A DNA stretch of 64,000 bases from Lophium mytilinum. Its lineage: Eukaryota. This document shows, in pieces, positions 12,346 through 23,143 of this stretch. Under the pieces are notes generated by a model. That model saw nothing but the letters and a program-made list of their open reading frames with translations. It was not told the DNA's origin and searched no databases. Each line of letters opens with the position of its first letter. Within the stretch, counting starts at the first letter, position 1. The DNA is taken from NCBI GenBank assembly GCA_010093605.1, contig MU004194.1, positions 316,156-380,155 on the forward strand. The letters are read 5' to 3'. The translations under genes and the position numbers were made by a program.

Positions 12346-12903
12346 ATGCGAATGCTACGTTATCAGCCATCCGGAACCGTCGGATTCGTCGTCCGCGTTG
12401 GCGAGGGGACCCAAGACATCTACCTCTTCGAAGGCGACACTCATCACACTACCTCCCTTCCCATCTGCTCGTGCCGCAGTCCGATGCGACAAGCTTACTG
12501 CGACGAGCCCGACGCCCACTACGGCATTCTGGACAACATCCGAACATGCCATTACTCCCCTTTTGGTGTCTTTAAGTGCCCGAACAAGTGGTGTGCGGGG
12601 CATCCGTGGCCGCAGAACCCTTGTTACGGCGAGGCATGTGTCTTCTTTTGGCACGACGGCGATGCTTGGGAAAAGACGGATGAAACGAGGGATAGTGTGC
12701 TTCAACAGGCCCCGGAAACAAGGAGAGATAAGTGGATGGAGGATATTGACGAGATGTGGTCCATTCTTAGGACGGAGGATTGGACGGTTGACGGCCACTA
12801 CACCGTGAAATTGCATCGGAGAATGCGGCAGTTGACGAGCATGTTGAAGAAGAGGAAGGAGAATGAGGAGAGAGGGAGAGGAATGAATGATCAGGGTACC
12901 TGA
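12346..12903 (+). CDS. Cys/His-rich orphan protein B (one domain copy)
   Basis: First ATG after the TATA cassette. ICSC..YCD...HY...FKCPNKWCAGHPWPQNPCYGEAC; paralogous to A and C. Confidence 0.7.
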   Translation: MRMLRYQPSGTVGFVVRVGEGTQDIYLFEGDTHHTTSLPICSCRSPMRQAYCDEPDAHYGILDNIRTCHYSPFGVFKCPNKWCAGHPWPQNPCYGEACVFFWHDGDAWEKTDETRDSVLQQAPETRRDKWMEDIDEMWSILRTEDWTVDGHYTVKLHRRMRQLTSMLKKRKENEERGRGMNDQGT

Positions 12904-13098
12904 GGAAGGAGGAGAGGCGGGGTTAGGGTCGTACTCAATAGAGTCATATATGAAACCACGTCAATATGATCCACCCACCTAGGCGAATGAATCTCCCCTT
13001 CTATGACTGACGATGAGTAACGGGATATGAAACTCCCTTATCATGAGCTCCCACCACTCTGAGCCACGATGTAGGAAGCCTTAGCTCCGTGCTCGTTC

Positions 13099-13133
13099 TG
13101 ACTCCTCTCTACCCTTGCCGCAGGTATAAGAAC
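13099..13133 (+). promoter_or_regulatory. Conserved 35-bp TATA-containing promoter cassette, copy C
   Basis: TGACTCCTCTCTACCCTTGCCGCAGGTATAAGAAC. Confidence 0.75.
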
Positions 13134-13258
13134 GTTTCCCTAAGCAAGTGCATTCCATTTCCCAAACACACAACGGCAGAACAATAGCAGTCAGCCTCAC
13201 TACTTCCCAAGAACCGAAACCAAAGCCCATCGACAACAAAACATCCAGCACACCAACA

Positions 13259-13858
13259 ATGTCCCTCAAATTTCTCGTCCGCCACGGTGAAACTACCCGA
13301 GACATCATCCTCCGTCCCCACGACGAAATTTGGGGTGAGAGTATCACCAAGTGCAGCCACTTCGAAGAGGACGCCTACTTCGAACAGAAAACCTACACCA
13401 GCGATACAAAGTATTGCTGCGGCGATATCGAGCATTACGCCACCCTCTCAGACATTCCGAGCAGTGATTTTTCCCCCCTAGGCCTCTTCGACTGTGGAAA
13501 CTGTTATTGTGCGGGACACCCGTGGCCGGAAAAGCGGTGCTTTGGCAAAGACTGCTTGTTCTATCAGCTAGACCCTGTTTGGAGTAGTTCAGGGGATACG
13601 AAGGCGAGAAATGTGGTATTGGACTGGTATCTTCACTCACAACAGCAGGAGTACGAGTTGGATGAGATTGAGTGGGGGCCGGTGATGACAGCGAATTGGA
13701 TTAAGGGCCAGGATAAGGTGATTGATAAGAGGATGGAGGAGCTGCAGAAGCCACTAGAGGAGTGGAGGGAGGGAGAAAAGAAGGCGAGGGAGGAGAAGAT
13801 GAAGAGGGAGAGCGTCGGAGAAGGAAGCATGGACAAGAAAAGAGGCTGGCTTTGGTAG
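13259..13858 (+). CDS. Cys/His-rich orphan protein C (one domain copy)
   Basis: ATG in ACAATG context. KCSH..YCC...HY...FDCGNCYCAGHPWPEKRCFGKDC; clear paralog of B. Confidence 0.72.
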   Translation: MSLKFLVRHGETTRDIILRPHDEIWGESITKCSHFEEDAYFEQKTYTSDTKYCCGDIEHYATLSDIPSSDFSPLGLFDCGNCYCAGHPWPEKRCFGKDCLFYQLDPVWSSSGDTKARNVVLDWYLHSQQQEYELDEIEWGPVMTANWIKGQDKVIDKRMEELQKPLEEWREGEKKAREEKMKRESVGEGSMDKKRGWLW

Positions 13859-14037
13859 TGCTGATCTCTTGATTGGAGCTTGGGTATTTAGACGTTGTTT
13901 AACGACGGACTGTTGTCTTCCATTTCTTCACAATACTTCCTTCTTTCTTTAAGTCTAGATTCCATTACGATACCCTAGGGCATAGTCTTTAGACCTGGCA
14001 TGCAAATCTGGATCACTTTATCGAGTCTACCGGTCAC

Positions 14038-15052
14038 TTACACCCACCCTGGCACACCTTTTGCATCCATAACCGACATTCCGAGTGGACTTGACAAGTC
14101 CAGCTGAATGCTGAACGTTCCCCCTTCACGATGAGTGCGGCGTACTACTCTGTCGAGATGTTCCTCATCCGTCCGCACGGTGAAGATTCCGTTACACCTC
14201 AAGCTATTCAAGGGCACCAGCAACTCCATCTGATCCTCCTCGTCAAACAATTCTACCAGAAGGTCTATGTGCAGCGTTCTCAGTTTTTCCATTCGTGCAA
14301 TAGTACTGCACACCCGCTTCCATGTCTCCATCTCCTGGCGCTGCAGCTCTGGGCTGTAGGATCCGTATTGGGTGAGACGGAGGGAAAGCGCTCGAATATT
14401 ACCGAACCGCTGCGGCGGAATCGACTGAGACAAGAGAAGAAGACTTGGGTCCTCTAGAATGAAAGTGTTGCTAGTATATAAGAGGTCGATAGTCTCGAGA
14501 TAGCTGACTAGCGATCAGTAGAGCTAATAGGGCATAGGAGGTAGGAAGTTCATACATTGCACGACAGGTTAACGGGAGAGAGAGAATAGTTCTGTTTGCC
14601 TTGACTTGATCTTTGTAGGTCTGCCAGCGCCGCCAGAATATCAAAGGCTCATCTTCAAATCTTGCGGCTGTCGTGAACGTGAGCCGCGGCTTGTGGTCTT
14701 GTTCTTCCTTGGATGTTGTTTCCCATGTTGGCCTTATATACAGGCCTGGAGTGTTGGAGAGCGCCTCGCGGTAGATGAGCTCACGCAACTCTGCGGATAA
14801 TCTTGAGAAGAGCGGAGAAGATGATTGATATAGATGACCAGTGCTTCCTTTGGCATTGGTGAGTAGGTCTTGTCTGACGGACTCGTCTGATGAGGGCAGC
14901 GAAAAGTGTTCTGATAATGCTCGTCTTCTTTGAGGTGGAGAAGCCCACTTTGCATGATATTCTTCACTCATATGAGTCCGCCAGTCGTGAAAACTTTGTT
15001 CATCTCGTTCCCCGCGGACTCCAGTCTGCTCTAATAGTGTAGCCAGTGTCAT
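14038..15052 (-). CDS. F-box-like / DUF7730-type hypothetical protein; intron at 14504-14555
   Basis: QSSSPLFSRLSAELRELIYREAL, then LSLPLTCRAI|YLETIDLLYTSNTF across a GTATGA...CAG intron. This layout is typical of the fungal family. Confidence 0.7.
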
Positions 15053-15417
15053 AATGAGAGGAGTAAACTCCGTAGGCCCGTCAAGTACGTAATAAGGTTG
15101 ATGGCACTCAGTTATGGGCGATGAGCACGAGAAATCAAGAGGTCAGTATTGAGCTCGATCAACAAGTTCAGACAACAATCATAATGAAGTTCATGAAGTT
15201 CACGATGTCAGCATAAGGTTGCAGCATGTCGGAGTAGCACGTGACGAGGCTGGTGCGTGGCTGGCCCCTGGATCTCCCCGGACTCAGCGTGCACGGGCCC
15301 GGAGCCGAGTGATTTCTCGGTCGCTGTGTCTCAAAGCAGGAAGAACGCGCCGCGCCTCCTCAACAGAAACCTCATTCCCTTTCCCTTCACGAGTCTGACA
15401 AGCTCAATTGCGCCGCC

Positions 15418-16474
15418 ATGGACTCTATACTCACCCAGATCCGATCCTATCTTCCAGATTCGCAGCCAATCGCCGAGATGGCTGCGAACGCGACCAAGAT
15501 CCCCCTTCATCCCTACTACCCTCTCGAGCTCGAGATGGTGGGATACATGGCAAACCAATGGGACACCCTGACGCTTGTGTCCATGTTTGGCGCTGGATGT
15601 GCGGGCATCTTCGCCGTCACATACCTGATCACCACGAGGATCAGGCCACAGATGTCGAAGGCGGACCTGTCTACCATTATGTGGTTTGTTCTGTGTATGT
15701 ATCTTCCTCGTACGACTCAATCGGAACCCTAGCTGATACTTGGCACAGGCGGATTCATACACTTGTTCTTTGAAGGTATGCGAACACCTCCTCGACCCCC
15801 AACCCCTTCTGACGCGATCAGGCTACTTCTCGTACAACTTCCGTCGTATGTCTTCCATGCAAGACCTTTTCGGGCAGCTGTGGAAGGAGTACTCGCTTTC
15901 GGACTCGCGCTACCAGACCCAGAACGCCTTTGTGCTCTGCATGGAAACGATCACGGCAGTAAGCTACTTACCACTCCTCTACAGCCTGAACATCACTGAA
16001 TATGTCACTACAGGTGTGCTGGGGCCCGCTCTCCTTCGTTGTGGCCGGCATGATTGCCAAAGACCATAGTCTCCGCCATCCTCTCCAGGCCCTCGTATCG
16101 CTTGGCCAGATATATGGCGATGTTTTGTATTATGCGACCAGCATGTTCGACCATTACATTCTTGACATGAGCTATTCGCGCCCGGAGCCGTTCTATTTCT
16201 GGGGATACTTTGTACTCATGAATGCATTTTGGATTGTCATTCCAGGGAGTGGGTCTTCTAGCATACTACGGAGAAGAGATCTGAGCTAACGGTTGCAGAA
16301 CTTCTGTACGACAGCATCTCGGAAGGCGGTAAAGCATTTGCGGCGTTGGAGAAGCAAGAGAGGATATTCAAGGCCAATGGAAATGGTAATGGGAAGCTGA
16401 TCGGGACCCCGAACGGAACACCGAAGGGCAAGTCCAACGGCAAGGCAAAGAACGGCTCAATCAGGAAACGGTGA
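15418..16474 (+). CDS. Emopamil-binding protein (EBP/EXPERA) sterol delta8-delta7 isomerase family; introns 15695-15748, 15776-15821, 15959-16013, 16249-16298
   Basis: Motifs HPYYP, IHLFFEGYF, LWKEYSLSDSRY, METITAVCWGPL, GQIYGDVLYY and YFWGYFVLMNAFWIVIP. Four canonical introns restore the frame. Confidence 0.9.
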
Positions 16475-17448
16475 AAGTGGCCATATAGGGCAGAGGAGGC
16501 TTGTTCATCTTCAGCGGCATTTGAGGTCATGGCCGGGCGAGGAGGGCACCGGAGATAGTGCCCATCGTCAACGGTTGGACGACAACATTTCCGGACCAGT
16601 TAGCGTGCATAGTGGGAGGATCCGTGACGATCGCATACCCACGCCTACGTACGTGCCTACATTACTATTAATAGATAGAAAGCGAAGTTGTTTTTCACAT
16701 CGATTCCCTCCCCCCATTTCGCCTGAAGCACATGGGATCTTATGATAGCTGAATCTGGGACACGCGGCTGTGCGAGATTCCTGTTGAGCATCCCGGTGCT
16801 GCATCTCATATTGGATGTTCATGCGCCACAGCTCCAGGGATGTTGCCGGCGTGCAGATGGTCGATGCTGGCGCGAAGATGGCATCTGTTGACATGTGAGG
16901 CTAGGCCAGAGTAAACAACACATCGATGTGGGCTCCATGTCGAAGCACTTGATGTTCAAACATGTTCTCATCTGGAATAATGAATGTAATAGATAGCGAC
17001 AACCCTCAGCTGATGGCGATAACCATGCAGCGTCTGGCCGCAACGGGATGATCTAAGGGGACCGTGCAACCTTGGAAACTGCACGACAGGGTTGCGATCT
17101 TGTCCACTGTTGTTGGCCAATCTGAGACCCACACAATCGCCCTCCCTCTTGCATGGCACAATTCGCCCACAAGCCCACCGCCGTTTCTCTCGCCCCTTTG
17201 CCTCGAACGAACTCACCGCGAGGTGCGCTGCTGATGTGGCGCAGTGCCGACACGGCGACTTGGTAGGTAAGAAAAGTCATGTTTACTTTCGCTTCCCCAT
17301 ACAAACAAATCCACCACAACCCACCCCGAATTCCCACCGCTCTCACCCCTCCGCCGCCCGCAATCGCACACACCGACACATTCCTCTGGCGTGCTCTCCC
17401 GCAATGCAATCCAGCTAACGCGCCATCTCGCATTGTAGATATCCCTTC

Positions 17449-20400
17449 ATGCCGGCGGATTCCCCGGCGACCCGGCGCGCTGCGGCGACCCGCGCCCGCC
17501 AGCAAGACGTAACGAAACCCCTCGATTTCGGCAAGGCCATCGGAATCCACAAGGATGCAGACATTCCCAGCAAGATCAAGAAGTGGCAGACTGAGGGCGG
17601 CGGGATAATACCAATCGACGACCCGGCCGCTGGCGCAGACACAGTGGCCGAGGGGACGGAAGCGGTGGATGCGATTGCGATTGCGACGGCAAAGGGGAAG
17701 ATGAAGGAGAAAGAGAAGGCGGCGGAATCACCGAAACCGAAGAAAGCAGCAGCTGCAGAGGCCGCGAGCCCGGCGCGGTCGCCGAAGAAGCTCGCGCATA
17801 ACAAGCTGGATGAGGATGTGCGGATTGCGAGCGCGCCGAAGAAGAGGGTCGTGAGTGACTCGAACTGGCGGAAGAACAAGAGTCCGCCGAAGGACGGGGC
17901 CGCTACGAGGCCGGATGTGAAACTGCCTGTGGGATGGGTAAGGCCGGCCGTGAAACATGTCTCGCCCGCGAAGCCGAAGATCGAGGCAAGGCCGCCGCCG
18001 ATTAAGATCACGCCGAGGGTCATGAGGACGAGGGCTACGGTGAGGAGGAAATCTCGGCCTGGGAGTTCTGGGAATGAGGAGAGGCCTAAGACGAGTGGAT
18101 CGGATAGTGTGATTGCGGAGAAGAGTGATGGATCGGCGACGTCGCCTGGGCTTGCTGACAAGAAAGAGGCTGTGAGGTTGCGAGGTGGGGATGGGAGAAT
18201 CAGGTCTCCTAGAATGTACCTGTCTGCTGACGATGAGGCTCCAGTCAAGCGGAGGTCGAGTCGTCGAGTGGATAGATCGCCGACCGAAGAGACTGTCCAC
18301 AATGATACACCTCCAGAGAAGTCGCCGGCGTTCGATAGCCCGTTAGCAAGCGGATCACGACGAAGACGACGTTCAGGTGGACATAAAAGAGAGCAGACGC
18401 TAAGAGAGGCCGAGGAGCCAACAGAAGATCTACCATCTACAGAACGTAGACGACTACGGAAGAAGTCCTATCAAATAGACGTGCCGGACGTAGCACGACC
18501 ACCAGAACCAGAAGTAGCACCAGAGACTCCCCCCAAGGTGTATGGAAATCGCGTCGAGGCATGGCTAACCACGACCCCTGATCCCTTTCTGGATTCCGAG
18601 ACCAAGTCACGAAAAAGTTCAAGGAGCGCCGCTTCTGCGTCAGACGTGTCACGGCCGAAGACTGAAGTCTCCTCGTTCACGGAGAGCTCGATCCCAAGGG
18701 AAGAGTCCGTCCTAGAGAAACCAGATCGAGCAAGTAGCAGCAGGAGACGAGCGCGGACTCGGACTATCACTGTGGATACTCGGGAGATGGATGACAGGAC
18801 ATCGTCCCTCCCTTCGATCGCCCCATCCGAAATCACAGATTCTGCCGCTGGCGGCGATGGTACTCCAAGCCCCTCCCTAAAACGAAGAGGCGCAAAGCGC
18901 AGCTCTCAATCCCCTACCAAGAACAGGTCCAAATCCCTATCGTCTCGAGATGCCCCGACGGTTATAGACACTGAAGATGAGGTTTCGATCGCTCCTTCAT
19001 CATCCGTCGACGCTTCCACGTTCCAGCTGCCAGACCTTCCCATCAGATCAAGACCGCAAAACACAGCACTCAGGCGCCACTTTCCCACGCGAGGAAAGCG
19101 CCTGTCAACCATTGCATCTGTTGAAACATTTGCCACGGAAATGCAAGCTGCACCTCCCTCCGAAACCGAAGGCTCAGAAGCCACTGTCCAACCGACGCCC
19201 ATCTCCGAGGACATGGACGAGTCGGAATCTCGAGATACAGTCGATCTAAACTCCCTCGCCTCGCTCAATCGACGTGGTACCTCGAGAAGAAAACTGGCCA
19301 GCCATGCCGACCTGATCTCTGTACTCTCTCTACCTAGGGGTGGCTCGAAGAGCATTGTCTCAGCTCGAAGCATCCGAACGAACCGGAGTCGCCTCGCGAC
19401 TGCCACCATCGGCGACATCATGACCGAGTTGGCTTCAGATGAAGCCAAGTATATGCGCGAACTCCGCACTCTTGTCGACGGTGTGATACCTGTCCTTCTC
19501 GCCTGCGTTCTTTCCAAGTCGGACGCCGCGGTCGCAGCAGGCCTTTTCAGTAAGTCCGCGTTGAAGAATGATCCGAATGTTACAAAACCGATCGTCGACA
19601 TGGGCGTCTCTCTGGAGCGACTGAAGAGTTTGCACAGACGAATCCCCAAGGAAGAGCCTGATGCGCTTCTTTCATGGGCCCAAAGCGCCCAGCGAATCTA
19701 CTCCGACTACGTGAAGGCATGGCGACTTGGGTTCCAGGATGTGGTTGTCAATCTAGCTCCCGCTGACGATAGCACGTCATCCGCATCGGGGTCTGGAAAG
19801 ACACCAGAGGATGCAGTCTGGGACGAAGGCATGCCGCGTAACGAGGAAGGCTATGTCGTCAACGGTGACGGCGAGAGGGTTGATGTTGCCTTCTTGTTGA
19901 AAAGACCTTTGGTTCGGTTGAAGTATCTGGCCAAGACCTTCAAGGGAATTAACCATATCAAGCACTCGCTACAAGCAGAGAAGATGTCCATGGTGTTTCA
20001 GGAGCTCGTCAATGACGCTCGGACACGGTCGAACGTAGAGCGAGCGCGACTCGAAGATGAGGCCGCGTCAAACATTGACCCGACCAGAGCTCGCGATCCA
20101 CGCAGCTTGGCGCCGTTGGCGGGTGTGAAAATTGATGCGATGCGATGTGTGAGGGCAAGAGATTACTTCGACATGCATCTACCACACTCTAGCGGCCAAG
20201 AGGTGGACTGTCGAGTCGAGCTACTGATTCGAGACGATGCCCCTGGGAGAGGCACCAGTGGGGATGTGCTTCTCTGCGAGGTCGATGAGTCAGGCCGGTC
20301 GCTATTCTTCCCTCCCATTCAACTTGGCCGTATGTCTGCTCGAAATGGAGACCAGAAGGGCGAGATCATAGTGATGATGCGCGGTTTCAATACTGGTGGG

Positions 20401-23143
20401 CATGAGTGGAGCGAAGTCTTCTCGCTAACCTCCAATGACGAGCAAGCTGGATTTGAATGGGTTCAGATGCTTGGGCTTCAGCCGGTTCCCCCTCAAATCA
20501 CGGAAATTAAGAGGGAGCGAAGTTTCATCAGTAAAGCGCGCCGACCACCAAGCAGCCATGCCTCATCATCTCTCGTCTCGGCCGCCACCGGATCAACCAT
20601 TCCTCTCAAGAGTAGAACCCCAAGTCCTCGCGAAGTTGAAGTGCCCTTTGGCGAGCGAGCTAATCCGACGTCGAAGAGATGGAGTTACAGTACTCCAGAT
20701 AGGCCGGGTAGCAGGGCGTCTACGGAGGTTTCTCCTGTTACTCCACCAAGCAGCGAGCATTCAAAACTCAGAAAGCACGCCAAAGCAAGTCCAGTGTCTC
20801 CGCCTTCGCCCTTATCCCAACGTCAAGACGCCCAATCAGACCAAGATATACTCCCCTCCTCCAAACCTCAAACTCGGGACGGTGAAGTCAACCTGGATCG
20901 GACACCTAAAAGCCTCAACGATGCGATGATGATGGCTGGAACTGGCTCGCCGATTTCTCTTAAGCGAACCAAGGCAAAGAGAATGTCTCGTCATGCTACT
21001 CAGTCGCCAAGCTCTCCAAAAGAAATGTTCATTGATCACGAACCTCCTGCGGCCGAGATCAAGCCATCGAGAAAACCGTCTCGTCGACAGCGAGCAGAGC
21101 CACCTTACACGCCAACATCATCTTCCCTGTCACAGAATAGCAAAGGTTTCAGCGTCTGGATGCCGTCTTCGGAACCAGAGTATTCGGATGAGTCCGATGA
21201 AGAAGATATGCATCCAGTCAAGCCTACTCTGGGAGCACCCGTGCGACCCCAACCACATCGACGTGCATCTTCGGTGCCCTCCTTGGATTTGCCCACTATC
21301 CCCAAACTACGAAAGACTAGTCAACCTAGCACACCAGTCAAGGAGCCAGAAATGCGTGGAGGATCCGATTCTCCTCCGGAGGAAGTGCATCAAAAGCGAG
21401 TTCCTTCGTCTGCACCGTCAAAATTGCAAAAGAGAGCCCCGGCGCCCATCAAGGAAGAGAATCTGGAGCCACAAGAAGACAAACCGCCACCAACTCCTCC
21501 ACATCGGTCACCAAGCCCTGCAACTCCAGTAACATTGAAGGCTTCAAATACACCACAATTCGCACCCACGCTGCCTGGTTTCAAGACTCGACGACGATCA
21601 TCCTCGCCACTGAAGCACGAGTACGAGCCGTCTACCGCTACGGAGTCGTCTGGGGAGAGTGAAGGAGAGATTGTAGACAATGACTCCCTCACATCAGACT
21701 CGTCCGAGGATGAGCTTGAAGACGACATTCCGATGCCGATACTACCAAGGCCTGAACAGCCCAGCTTTCCCAAAGTTTCTCCACCAGCTTCCATCTACAC
21801 TCTGCCCAACGGGACGATATCACCGTCTCAATCTGCATCTAACACACCGTATCGAGCCGTACCACAAGGCTCAGGGAAGGCATCGAAGGCAATCGCATCC
21901 ATAACGTCTTGGTCCAATGAAACAGGCAAGTGGGAAAGTCTGTATCCCGATGAATGCAGCATTGTTGTTACGCCAGGAAAAATCGAAGCGTACGAGCTCA
22001 CATCGGCGCACTCTAAACCGCTTCTAGCTGATGGAGACGAGATCATCAACGCGAATAGAAAAGGGCCACTCATCTGCCAAGAAGTCACGCCGTTGGTTAT
22101 ACTCCGAAAAGGTACTGCTATCGACATCACCGTGAAGTCCCTTCCAACCTCCGATTCGCGTCTGAAGTCCGGAGAACAGATCATGTACAGGAGCCGCAAC
22201 CCAGAAGAGTGTGATGCACTCTACAACATGATCAACATATCTCGCTGCAACAATCCGACATGGCTCGCCCTCCAGCAAGCTAGAGGCTCCTATGGTCAAG
22301 GCTCTACCTGGGCTGCCGCAATGGACCGCCAAAACGCAGCTCGCTCAACAACTGGCTCGCAAGGCGCCTGGTGGAACCTCAACGGCACGCTCGGTCGCCG
22401 CAGCTCCTACCGCGCTTCCAGCACCCGCGCCGCCTCCATTTCCGCAGTATCAGATTCCTCTGTCGGCACCATGGTTTCCGCCTTCTCGGCACTCAAGCGC
22501 TTCAGCGGGAGCAGTCGCTTGTTCAACGTCGCTAAATCTACCATCAGCTCCCGTGACAGCGGCGGCAGCACAGGTAGTCTCGATTCTGGCTCTGCGGGCT
22601 CGGGCTCGGGCACCAACACACCAAATCCAGACGGCACGCCCCGAGCCCCAGGCGCCCCTCAGGGCATTACGAATACCAAGATTCGCCTCTATGAGCGCGA
22701 GAGTCTCAACCAATGGCGCGATATGGGCTCTGCGCGCCTCACGATTATGCTGCCGGATCCCAACACACCGCGCTCGGAGACGCGGCAGGGGCAGGGTAGC
22801 CCTGGGCGTAGGCAGCATGGGAGCGAGAAACGAATTGTGATTGTGGGTAAATCAATGGGCGAGACGCTGATGGACGTGACGCTCAGCGAGAGCTGCTTTG
22901 AGCGAGTCGCCAGAACGGGCATTGCGATCAGTGTGTGGGAGGATGTGATGGGACCGAATGGCGTGGGGACGGTGGGCGCCGTGGGAGGCGTGTCCGGAGC
23001 TAGGGCGAGGGTGTATATGGTCCAGGTACGTGTGAAGCTGATTGTTATGTTCATGGAAAACATACTAACGCGGTTGGTCGCAGATGAAAACAGAACGCGA
23101 GTGCGCGTATTCGTACTCGCTACTTGGCAAATTGAGGTACTGA
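17449..23143 (+). CDS. Large (~1880 aa) S/R/P-rich fungal protein with DH (RhoGEF)-like and PH-like regions; intron at 23026-23083
   Basis: ELASDEAKYMRELRTLVDGVIP and FLLKRPLVRLKYLAK resemble DH helices. A GTACGT...CTAAC...CAG intron leads to the last exon MKTERECAYSYSLLGKLRY*. Confidence 0.75.

Noticed and set aside
14885..14915. CTGATGA...GAAA hammerhead-like core
   Set aside because: No adequate stems, and it lies antisense within a coding exon.
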